The notes under the pieces: model-generated
Seen by the model: only the letters and a program-made list of their open reading frames with translations
The model's database searches: none
What the model was told of the DNA's origin: nothing
Assembly (NCBI GenBank): GCA_964452565.1
Contig: CAYVLY010000001.1
Coordinates: 643,053-707,052 of the forward strand
Direction of reading: 5' to 3'
DNA from: an uncultured Gammaproteobacteria bacterium
GTDB lineage: Bacteria > Patescibacteriota > Patescibacteriia > UBA9934
DNA length: 64,000 bases
Shown: positions 10,834 to 19,226 of the stretch, one piece after another
Position numbering within the stretch: position 1 is the stretch's first letter
How the letters are laid out: the number at the start of each line of letters is the position of its first letter
Translations under genes and position numbers: made by a program

Positions 10834-11280
10834 ATGGATTCCTACACCCGCAGAGTAACCCTCAAATGGATTGCCATTATAGTTGGTGCCCTAGCTCTCC
10901 TGATCATCCCGTCATACATCGGGAGTCTCAAGGGGGAGCAGAACACCTGGCACCACCTTTCAACCACCTACCAACGCCATGATATGGAAGGATGCAGGCC
11001 CTGTGACGGTTCGGCACAAGAGTGCTGGCAACGAGCGAAGCTCAACGACTGCGAGAGCACGGAGAACAAGCAACTGTGCCAAAAGCGGAACAATGATGTG
11101 GACCCCTGCGTCAAGCACATCCATGGCTTTGCTGCGGCATACATCTACCAAAACGGAGATACGGCCATCCTCGTCATCGAACATCCTGAAAGGCGCTTGG
11201 GTCTTGCCCTGGCCCTTGCCAACCAGTTTGGCCTCGGCCCCACACGGGGCGAGTGCATCGACCGCAGGAGGGCCCAATGA
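10834..11280 (+). CDS. hypothetical Cys-rich membrane-anchored protein (GC-rich ORFan)
   Basis: AAGGA RBS, N-terminal TM segment, seven Cys. Confidence 0.65.
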   Translation: MDSYTRRVTLKWIAIIVGALALLIIPSYIGSLKGEQNTWHHLSTTYQRHDMEGCRPCDGSAQECWQRAKLNDCESTENKQLCQKRNNDVDPCVKHIHGFAAAYIYQNGDTAILVIEHPERRLGLALALANQFGLGPTRGECIDRRRAQ

Positions 11281-11711
11281 AGAACCGGGTTCGCAAACAA
11301 GACAATGTTCACCGGATCATCATCTCGTGGATGGTGCTCTGTCTCTACCTCGCCTTCTGCTCTGCGCTCAAAATGGCCACAGAACAGGTGGCTGAGCAGC
11401 GAACCAGGGCAAGGATCACGAAGTGCTTCGAGATGGCCTCGTCGTACGAAACATACCAGGCTCAGGAGAAAGCCCCTGGTATCAACTGCGGTTGGGGCAC
11501 CACCCTGCGCAAGAACGAAAGCGGCGCCATTGTGATCACAATGGACCAACGCATCGACTGGTACCGCATCCCGGGAAGCCAGCACATCGAGAAGATCAAA
11601 GACAACCCCTGGCTCCTCCTCTACCCAATTACCCGGGTGCTGGATCAAGCCTTTCCCGTGATGGACGAAGAGGGGTCTGCAGGCCAAGAAAACGGAGGCT
11701 TGCAAAAATAG
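11277..11711 (+). CDS. hypothetical membrane-anchored protein (GC-rich ORFan)
   Basis: GGAGG RBS, ATGA overlap with the upstream gene, N-terminal hydrophobic segment. Confidence 0.65.
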   Translation: MKNRVRKQDNVHRIIISWMVLCLYLAFCSALKMATEQVAEQRTRARITKCFEMASSYETYQAQEKAPGINCGWGTTLRKNESGAIVITMDQRIDWYRIPGSQHIEKIKDNPWLLLYPITRVLDQAFPVMDEEGSAGQENGGLQK

Positions 11712-11780
11712 CATGGCGCTAAGTTCGACAGCCCATGCCTGAACGCCTTGCCGCACCTGCGGTCAGGCGTCATTCTTTTT

Positions 11781-12461
11781 TTATTCAAGCTTCGCTCCGG
11801 TTGATTCGCGCACTTCGCGGGCTTTTTGTTCAATTTCCAGCTCGCGAACAATGTAATCGCGATACTGATCGTATAAAATCTTCAAGCTTTGAAATTCCTG
11901 CTCGCGCTCTAGGATTTTCTTGTGTTGCATCTGAAAGGTCTCGATAAAATCCTTACGCCCTCGATCCCGATACTGCTCAATCGAGTAGTAGATGTATCCC
12001 ATGCGCTCAACAGCGTCGAAAAAACGACCCTCAACCGAATCCTCACCAACGATCTGATATGCACTCATGAACTTGTCGCGAACCGGTAAGGGTAGTTCCT
12101 TCATCAAACCTGTAGCTTGTTCGCGCTCAATCTCGTCAAGCATGGTCTTCACGCGTTCGTCTTGCTTAACAGCATAGCGGACATCACCAATACGACCCTC
12201 GCCAATGTCGTGCAGCAGTGCTGTAAGTAACAGCTGCTCACCATCAAGCTTTCTAAGTAAATTTCCCTGCTCCTCTTCAATCGCCAACATAGCAGCGGTT
12301 AGTGTGACTGCTCGAAATGTATGCTCAAGCACACTCTCACGCTCATGACGAGGAAGAGAGGGGAAGTGGGTCCATCTGTGGACCTGTGAGATCATTTCTG
12401 GCGTTTGGGTGAGTAGATGTCCCAGGGCTTCAATGGGTTGCATATGAACCCAGGTTCGCAC
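11781..12461 (-). CDS. HD-domain hydrolase (YfbR/5'-deoxynucleotidase-like)
   Basis: RW...ESVLEH, LLHDIGE..GD motifs. Confidence 0.85.
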   Translation of the reverse strand: MRTWVHMQPIEALGHLLTQTPEMISQVHRWTHFPSLPRHERESVLEHTFRAVTLTAAMLAIEEEQGNLLRKLDGEQLLLTALLHDIGEGRIGDVRYAVKQDERVKTMLDEIEREQATGLMKELPLPVRDKFMSAYQIVGEDSVEGRFFDAVERMGYIYYSIEQYRDRGRKDFIETFQMQHKKILEREQEFQSLKILYDQYRDYIVRELEIEQKAREVRESTGAKLE

Positions 12462-12557
12462 GACAAGCTATCAACGTCAAGTTTGAAGAGATCTGATCCA
12501 GATTGGTATAATTAAGACACAAGCAGGAGGAACTTCCTGTGTTTTTTAATCAAAAAT

Positions 12558-13571
12558 ATGCAAGTAATAGCTACCATTTGGAAAGATCCATACTATTTTG
12601 ACCGAAACCAAGCCATGATCGAAGCTGGGGTCGATGCTTTTCGCATTAAATGCTCACACTGGGGTGCTGATAAGATCTCTGAGGCGCTTGTTAAAGCCCG
12701 TGAGCAGATCAATCAATCGGGTCGAAACGTAATGCTGCTTGCGGATCTCCCCGAGGCAAAGCTCAGACTTGGTAAATTCCCTCAAAACAAAATCGAAACG
12801 CACGCAGGGCAGGAGTTTCGATTCCTACATGGCCCAGAAAGCTCTGACCCTCATGCATACATCCCGTTCCAAACTGAAAATCTTGCAGATCACTTACGTG
12901 TTGGTGAACAATTCTACATTCAAGATGGTCAGATGAGCTTTGAGGTGACCGCGATACACAGCCCAAACGAGTTTATTGCCAAAACATGCCACGCTGGTGA
13001 GATTGTACAAAAAACAGGCATGGCAATTCCGCGTGCGCTGGATCGATTGGATCATGTAGTCCCGCTTATCGACGATATTATTGAACACTTACCAAAGAGC
13101 AGGCCTGACCTTGTTGCCTTTTCATTTGTTAAATCGCGGGCAATGCTTGAACAGCTTCTTTCAAAGCTTGAAAAGCACACGACGCCTGACTGGAACCCCC
13201 GCGTCATAGCTAAAATCGAATCAAAGGAGGGGGTTGAAAATATCGACGAGATTCTCGAGCTCGTTCACGGCATTATGGTGGCCCGTGGGGACATGGCGCT
13301 TACCATGCCGTATGAATATGTTGGGTTGATTCAGAAAAAGTTGGTCGCAAAATCACGCGCAAAGGGTAAGTATTCGATTGTTGCTACCGGCGCGCTTACT
13401 TCAATGCTCTCACAAAACATTCCGCAACGCTCTGACATACTTGATGTGACCAATGCAGCGCTCGACGGCGCATCAGCCATCATGCTTTGCAACGAAACCG
13501 CTCACAGCGAACACCCAGAACGCTCTGTGACAGCCGTAAAGCGCATCATCCGCGCGGTTGAGGTATACTAA
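12558..13571 (+). CDS. pyk: pyruvate kinase, short form lacking the C-terminal domain
   Basis: IAKIES..GVENIDEI, GIMVARGD, DVTNAALDGASAIMLCNETA. Confidence 0.88.
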   Translation: MQVIATIWKDPYYFDRNQAMIEAGVDAFRIKCSHWGADKISEALVKAREQINQSGRNVMLLADLPEAKLRLGKFPQNKIETHAGQEFRFLHGPESSDPHAYIPFQTENLADHLRVGEQFYIQDGQMSFEVTAIHSPNEFIAKTCHAGEIVQKTGMAIPRALDRLDHVVPLIDDIIEHLPKSRPDLVAFSFVKSRAMLEQLLSKLEKHTTPDWNPRVIAKIESKEGVENIDEILELVHGIMVARGDMALTMPYEYVGLIQKKLVAKSRAKGKYSIVATGALTSMLSQNIPQRSDILDVTNAALDGASAIMLCNETAHSEHPERSVTAVKRIIRAVEVY

Positions 13572-13589
13572 GGACAACAACAATCACAT

Positions 13590-14363
13590 ATGTCAGAACT
13601 CATTATCCTAAAAGACTTGATCGTTAATGCGGGCGACAAGCTCAACAAGTTAACTCCAACACTCAGGCGCGGCGATGTCTCACATAAAAAGCTTGGCGAG
13701 ACTGTTACCAGGTTGGACAAAGAGATCAATAAGTACATCATCGATCAACTTCAAAATCAATTCCCAGATGATGACATTGTTAACGAAGAATCAGAGATGG
13801 TTGATGGAAATGGTACAAAAAGAAAGTGGTATGTTGACCCAATTGATGGCACAAACAACTTTGTGCACCATCTGCCATTTTATGCGATATCTATTGGCTT
13901 GAGAGACGAGGGTGGTTGGGCTCTTGGCGCTGTATATGATCCGCTTCGGAAGGATCTCTATTGGGCAGAGCGTGGAAAGGGCGCGCACTTGGGCGATAAG
14001 CAGATATCAGTCTCAAAGATAAAAACTCTTGAGGAAGCCATGGTATTTGAGGGTCATGGATATGGGGAAGAAATGCGCAACCAACACGCGCCAGTTATAA
14101 ATTCGATAAATTTAGAAATCCCTATGCGCCGCGATCTTGGTTCGGCCGCACTTATGGTGTGCTATGTGGCAGAAGGGAAGGGCGATGGGTTTATTGTTAC
14201 AGGAGTAAAATCCTGGGACTGCGCTGCGGCAGCACTTATTCTTGAAGAGGCTGGAGGAAAAGTAACAAACTATGCGGGCAATGCATGGGCGCCGGAAGAT
14301 CACACAATAATCGCATCAAACTCATTGCTGCATGATAAGCTTCTAAAGCTTACACGCACATGA
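13590..14363 (+). CDS. suhB: inositol monophosphatase family protein
   Basis: WYVDPIDGTNNF, RDLGSAAL, WDCAAA. Confidence 0.9.
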   Translation: MSELIILKDLIVNAGDKLNKLTPTLRRGDVSHKKLGETVTRLDKEINKYIIDQLQNQFPDDDIVNEESEMVDGNGTKRKWYVDPIDGTNNFVHHLPFYAISIGLRDEGGWALGAVYDPLRKDLYWAERGKGAHLGDKQISVSKIKTLEEAMVFEGHGYGEEMRNQHAPVINSINLEIPMRRDLGSAALMVCYVAEGKGDGFIVTGVKSWDCAAAALILEEAGGKVTNYAGNAWAPEDHTIIASNSLLHDKLLKLTRT

Positions 14364-14608
14364 TCCTTACTGTTCACATAAAACCAAATGCAAAAAAGGA
14401 CCAGGTGAAAGCCTGGCTTGATTCTGGGACTGTAAAAATCGACATTGCAGCGCCAGAGGTTGACAACAAGGCCAACAGGGCGCTTATCGAATTCCTTTCG
14501 AAAAACTTGGGGGCAGCTAAAAGCCTCATAACTATAAAACGCGGACACTCAAGCCGCGTTAAACATATTGAACTTCCAGATTCGGTTGATCTAAGTCTGA
14601 TCAAATAA
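14360..14608 (+). CDS. DUF167 (YggU) family protein
   Basis: IKPNA...APEVDNKANRALIEFL...GHSSRVK. Confidence 0.88.
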   Translation: MILTVHIKPNAKKDQVKAWLDSGTVKIDIAAPEVDNKANRALIEFLSKNLGAAKSLITIKRGHSSRVKHIELPDSVDLSLIK

Positions 14609-14616
14609 CAAACTTT

Positions 14617-14695
14617 CCATCCCGAGCGCCAGCCGAGGGATCTCACGAAACTAGATTCAAGAGATCTTTCGACTCCCTCTGGTCGCTCAAGATGG
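14617..14695. repeat. REPIN-like pair of inverted palindromic repeats
   Basis: ccatcccgagcg...gagggatct facing agatctttcgactc...cgctcaagatgg; same family at 33901, 43127, 58238, 62936. Confidence 0.75.
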
Positions 14696-14713
14696 GGGGG
14701 TGCAATTCGACAA

Positions 14714-14965
14714 CTAGGGTTTATCAACCCCACCATCATTCCAAGGGTTGCATCTCAGTATTCGATAACCACCCTTCAAACACCCCCACACAACCCCATA
14801 CTTCAAGATCGCGCGCTTCGAGTACTCAGAACAGGTTGGGTGGAAGCGACAATATCCATGCGGAAACAATACCCTCATCGGACCATGGTCAAACGAGAGG
14901 GTTTTTTGATATGCAATTATTGGCCAGGTGGCCAGAGTGCGCCAATATCGAATTAGTCTTGCCAT
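14714..14965 (-). CDS. yidD: membrane protein insertion efficiency factor YidD
   Basis: [10 protein letters not shown]...[12 protein letters not shown]. Confidence 0.95.
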   Translation of the reverse strand: MARLIRYWRTLATWPIIAYQKTLSFDHGPMRVLFPHGYCRFHPTCSEYSKRAILKYGVVWGCLKGGYRILRCNPWNDGGVDKP

Positions 14966-15297
14966 AGTTCAGCTTTTCGAAGTACCGCGAGGAGTAGCTC
15001 TTCTTTTTGCGCATATGTAAGCTCAAGCGACTTCGCTGATGTTAACAACACTACATCAAAGCCCGACTTAATCGAATCAAGGTGCAGTCGAATGATTTCC
15101 CTATACTGCCGCTTCACGCGGTTTCGCTTAACCGCACTCTTGTGAACCTTTGTCCCGACCACAATCGCGAATCGTGACTCGTCTCGATTGTTCTTCAAAA
15201 ACTTAATACCACAGACTGGATCAAAAACACTCTTACCGGTCTTAACCGTATTCTGAACCTCTAATTTTCTCTTTAATCGATTCTTTTGCTTGAACAT
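14953..15297 (-). CDS. rnpA: ribonuclease P protein component
   Basis: [17 protein letters not shown] motif; synteny with rpmH and yidD. Confidence 0.95.
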   Translation of the reverse strand: MFKQKNRLKRKLEVQNTVKTGKSVFDPVCGIKFLKNNRDESRFAIVVGTKVHKSAVKRNRVKRQYREIIRLHLDSIKSGFDVVLLTSAKSLELTYAQKEELLLAVLRKAELWQD

Positions 15298-15299
15298 AA

Positions 15300-15704
15300 T
15301 TAAGTCAAATCAGTAAATGGATTCATAGCCACCTCCCAAAGATGACCATCTAAATCTTGAAAATAGCCTGAATACCCGCCCCAAAATACATCCTGTGGCT
15401 CTTTTACGATTTTAGCGCCCAGTGTACGAGCCTCATCGATAACACGATCAACGTCTACCTTAGTTGGTTCAAGATGCGCCAGTGCTACACCTCGAAACCC
15501 CTCACCAAACTGATCTACGGCAGCATCCTGAGCTAATTTATCCCACGGAAAAAGCCCAAGCCAAGATCCGTCAGCTTTAAACATAACCATCTCCATATTA
15601 TCCTCATCGTTTCCGTGAACTTGAAATCCAAGCCCCTGGTAAAAAGCTTTTGCCTTGCGTAAATCTTGAACACCCAATGTTATTAGTCCGATTTTTGACT
15701 TCAT
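15300..15704 (-). CDS. VOC/glyoxalase family protein
   Basis: ITLGVQDL..AKAFY, WGGYSGYFQDLDGHLWEVA. Confidence 0.92.
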   Translation of the reverse strand: MKSKIGLITLGVQDLRKAKAFYQGLGFQVHGNDEDNMEMVMFKADGSWLGLFPWDKLAQDAAVDQFGEGFRGVALAHLEPTKVDVDRVIDEARTLGAKIVKEPQDVFWGGYSGYFQDLDGHLWEVAMNPFTDLT

Positions 15705-15753
15705 ATATGCTTAGTATAAAAGAAAATAGATCGCATTGCACGATCTATTGTCT

Positions 15754-15906
15754 TTAAGCCATGCGGGCTGCGACTGTAAGTCGCTTTCTGCCCCTGGCCC
15801 TGCGGCGCTTTAGTACTGCGCGTCCGGGCTTCGTTTGCATTCGCTTACGAAATCCGTGTTTACGAGCACGGCGCCGCTTTTTTGGTTGGTATGTCCTCTT
15901 TGGCAT
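15754..15906 (-). CDS. rpmH: 50S ribosomal protein L34
   Basis: [23 protein letters not shown]. Confidence 0.97.
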   Translation of the reverse strand: MPKRTYQPKKRRRARKHGFRKRMQTKPGRAVLKRRRARGRKRLTVAARMA

Positions 15907-16079
15907 ATGTGCTCTTAAGGCAATTCTGGTAAAAATCGCGATCTGTTGGCTCACGCCTGTGGTGTTCGACGCCGTACGTTCCAGTACGACTTACTTCGCT
16001 CCTCGCCGTGCACCAACATCTCATCGATTTTTCCCAACAATTGCATTTATTAATCCAAAGTGCCGAAACTATACAATTT

Positions 16080-16260
16080 AAACGGTTTTTTGTCAAGAAT
16101 CGGGGATAAACCCAGACTTTCACACACACTATCCACATTCTTTTCACATTTTGTACTATTTATTGCCACTTGCGACCTGTGGATATCTGATATATTATTC
16201 ACAGCGTCGACTGTGAGATATATTAATCCAGGTCTTTGCAAAATTCTATGAAATGTTGGT
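16080..16260. promoter_or_regulatory. DnaA-box region upstream of dnaA (oriC part 1)
   Basis: degenerate boxes ggggataa, ctatccaca, tgtggatat, ttattcaca in the rpmH-dnaA spacer. Confidence 0.7.
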
Positions 16261-16372
16261 GCACGGGATGGCAGCCTTTGAGGCGTACTAGAACGTACGG
16301 TGAAAAGATGCCAGGGACCCATAAGCCAACAGGTCGTGAATTTTGCAGAGATCTGTTATTACCCCCATTGCT

Positions 16373-17779
16373 ATGAACACCCACGAACTATGGCAGGCCA
16401 CTTTAGGCGAGCTTGAGCTAAAGCTCAGCAAAGCTCACTTTACTACGTGGTTTAGAAACACCTTTATTGTTGATTATGAAAATCACCAGGTGGTTGTGGG
16501 GGTTCCAAATACATTTACAAAAGCGTGGCTTGAGAAAAAGTATCACAAGGACATCTTAAATGCGCTTCAAAACATTACAGAACAGCCTTTGAAAGGACTG
16601 GGGTATCAAGTTGAAACACGCCCATCCGAACCAAAGGCTATTGTTTTTGAAACAGAGAAGCAAGTAACTGACGCTCCTGAACCACAACAGGCATACGAGG
16701 TTGCCGAAAGCCTTGGGTTCACAACTGCCGGTCAGGAAAGTGGCGGAACTAGGCCATCCTCACTCAATAAAAACTATACTTTCAACTCTTTTGTTGTAGG
16801 AAAACAAAATGAGCTCGCCTACGCTGCAGCCCAGGCTGTTGCCGCACACCCAGGAGGTACATACAACCCCGTTTTTGTGTATGGCGACGTGGGGCTAGGA
16901 AAAACACACCTTTTGCAGGCCGTTGGACACCACATCAAAAAACAAAATCCAAACGCACGTGTCTTATATGCCAGCTGCGAGCACTTCACCAATGATTTTA
17001 TCCAGGCTGTGCGCGCAGGAAGAGCAAAGGAATTTAAGGACAGGTACCGAAACGTTGATCTATTGCTCATCGACGACATTCAGTTCATTACAGGAAAAGA
17101 AGGAACCCAGGAGGAATTCTTCCATACCTTCAATGCGCTTCACCAGGAAAACAAACAGATCGTGATTTCCTCTGACAGGCCACCAAAAGCAATCGCAGCA
17201 CTTGAAAAGCGGCTTTTGTCGCGCCTAGAGTGGGGAATGTTGGTCGATATCGGGGCCCCAGACCTTGAAACACGTATCGCAATTCTTCAAATCAAGTGCC
17301 AAAAGCGTGGAATCGATTTAGCTCGAGACATTCTGCACTATGTTGCATCAAATATCTCATCAAATGTGCGAGAACTTGAGGGTGCTCTAAATAAAATAGT
17401 CGCTTACCACCAATTTAAAAACCTTGATCCAACACTTGAGACTGTAACTCCGATCGTTGATGGATTTGATCTGAACACGATCAAGAAGACCGTGTCTCCA
17501 AAGCACATCATTCAGACAGTTGCTGAGTACTTTGACATTGATATCTCTGATGTTCTTGGAAAGAGTCGCGAAAAGCGCCTAGCGTTTCCGCGACAAATCA
17601 TTATGTTCCTACTACGAGAAGAAATGAGCATCTCTTATCCATCGATTGGTCAGGAGCTTGGTGGAAGAGACCACACAACAGCAATGCACGCCTACTCTAA
17701 GATCCAAAAAATTCTCAAAGACGACGAACAGCTAAAAAGAGACCTTGATCTAATCAAACAAAAGATGTACTCCGGATAA
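16373..17779 (+). CDS. dnaA: chromosomal replication initiator DnaA
   Basis: YGDVGLGKTHLL, LLIDDIQF, QEEFFHTFN, GGRDHTT. Confidence 0.98.
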   Translation: MNTHELWQATLGELELKLSKAHFTTWFRNTFIVDYENHQVVVGVPNTFTKAWLEKKYHKDILNALQNITEQPLKGLGYQVETRPSEPKAIVFETEKQVTDAPEPQQAYEVAESLGFTTAGQESGGTRPSSLNKNYTFNSFVVGKQNELAYAAAQAVAAHPGGTYNPVFVYGDVGLGKTHLLQAVGHHIKKQNPNARVLYASCEHFTNDFIQAVRAGRAKEFKDRYRNVDLLLIDDIQFITGKEGTQEEFFHTFNALHQENKQIVISSDRPPKAIAALEKRLLSRLEWGMLVDIGAPDLETRIAILQIKCQKRGIDLARDILHYVASNISSNVRELEGALNKIVAYHQFKNLDPTLETVTPIVDGFDLNTIKKTVSPKHIIQTVAEYFDIDISDVLGKSREKRLAFPRQIIMFLLREEMSISYPSIGQELGGRDHTTAMHAYSKIQKILKDDEQLKRDLDLIKQKMYSG

Positions 17780-18040
17780 AATCTGTGGACGGCCTGTGCG
17801 CCTGCATTGAACAACTATGTGATTTTCTGTGCATAGAGGTGAACACGGGGTGTGCATAAATACGACACAAAACTTGTTCAAAAAACTATGCACACAGAGA
17901 ACACCAACAAACGCACAGCAAACCCCCAACTGCACACAGCAAACCCCGGCCAAAACAAAGCAAAAAACAGACTTTTGCACTTCATCCACACCCCCTACTA
18001 TTACTACTATTTATATAAATATATAAACTTAAAACAATAA
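17780..18040. other. oriC unwinding region between dnaA and dnaN
   Basis: degenerate DnaA boxes (tgtgcataa, tcatccaca), C-run, TAC/TAT trio repeats (tactattactactat) and an AT-rich DUE. Confidence 0.85.
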
Positions 18041-18052
18041 CCAATAAGTCCC

Positions 18053-19174
18053 ATGAAGTTATCCTGCACAAAAGAGAACCTCTGTCAGGGGCTCTCCATA
18101 ACAAGCCATATAAGCACAAAGAACGTTAACTTGCCGATACTCAACAATGTTCTACTTAGGGCTGACCAGGGAGGACTTAAACTAATTTCAACAAACCTAG
18201 AAATCGCGCTCACTTGTTCCATTAGAGGAAAGCTTGAGCAGCAAGGAGAATACACAGTGCCATCAAAGTTGTTTTATGAATTTGTTAGTCTGTTGCCAGA
18301 CGAGGTGGTAAGCGTTGACCTTCATGACACCGGACTCTTCGTGTCATGCGCCAAGGCAAAGACAACAATCAATGGGATCTCTCCGGCAGAGTTTCCACTC
18401 ATTCCGCCGGTAGAGGGGGAGGTGAAATTTGAGGTTAATGTAGCCGATCTTAGAAAGGCGCTATCACAAACACTATTTGCAACTGCCACCAACGAGGCGC
18501 GACCAGAGCTTACCGGTGTATATATGAAATTTAAGAACGGCAAGCTGACAATGGCAGCAACAGACAGCTATCGTCTATCAGAAGTTCAGATAAAAGCACC
18601 ATCAAAGGATCAGGAGTACGAGGTTATTGTGCCGCAAAGAACCCTTGCTGAGCTAAACAGGGTCTTTAGTGTGTTTAAAGACGATGTAGAGGCCTCTGAG
18701 AGCGTTACAATGGAGCTTGCGAACAACCAAGTAGTCTTCCGATATGCTTCGGTTGAGCTGATCTCAAGAACCATTGAGGGTGTGTATCCAGATTATCGAC
18801 AAATCATCCCAGGCAAGCACGAAACCAAGGTTGTAGTAAATCGGCGGGACCTGGTTCAGGCGATTAAGAGCGTTAGTTTGTTCGCAAAGCAAGGACTATA
18901 CGATATTAAGATGAGTGCTAGGCCGGGCGAGGCATTGACGTTGTTTGCACAAGATGCAACTCGAGGAAAGAACGACGTTGATCTGAAGTGCGAGGTCGAA
19001 GGGAAAGAAAATACAATGGCTCTGAATTATCGATATGTTCTAGATGGGTTAAACTCGATCAATTCAGAAAGGGTCGAAATACGGATGATCGATCCGTCCA
19101 GCCCATTTGTACTAGCACCGCATGAAGACGAGAGCGACAAGTTCATCTACATCGTAATGCCGATCAGGCAATAG
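18053..19174 (+). CDS. dnaN: DNA polymerase III beta sliding clamp
   Basis: STNLEI, ATDSYRL, IEGVYPDYRQIIP, YIVMPIR. Confidence 0.97.
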   Translation: MKLSCTKENLCQGLSITSHISTKNVNLPILNNVLLRADQGGLKLISTNLEIALTCSIRGKLEQQGEYTVPSKLFYEFVSLLPDEVVSVDLHDTGLFVSCAKAKTTINGISPAEFPLIPPVEGEVKFEVNVADLRKALSQTLFATATNEARPELTGVYMKFKNGKLTMAATDSYRLSEVQIKAPSKDQEYEVIVPQRTLAELNRVFSVFKDDVEASESVTMELANNQVVFRYASVELISRTIEGVYPDYRQIIPGKHETKVVVNRRDLVQAIKSVSLFAKQGLYDIKMSARPGEALTLFAQDATRGKNDVDLKCEVEGKENTMALNYRYVLDGLNSINSERVEIRMIDPSSPFVLAPHEDESDKFIYIVMPIRQ

Positions 19175-19184
19175 GAAGAAAAAC

Positions 19185-19217
19185 AAAAACCACCCGCGGA
19201 CAGCGGGTGGTTTTTTT
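19185..19217. terminator. bidirectional terminator between dnaN and the PBP gene
   Basis: aaaaccacccgc...gcgggtggtttttt. Confidence 0.85.
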
Positions 19218-19226
19218 GTTTTGTGA

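Noticed and set aside
10107-10835. 242-aa minus-strand ORF
   Set aside because: Antisense to tig; S/F/I-rich artefact
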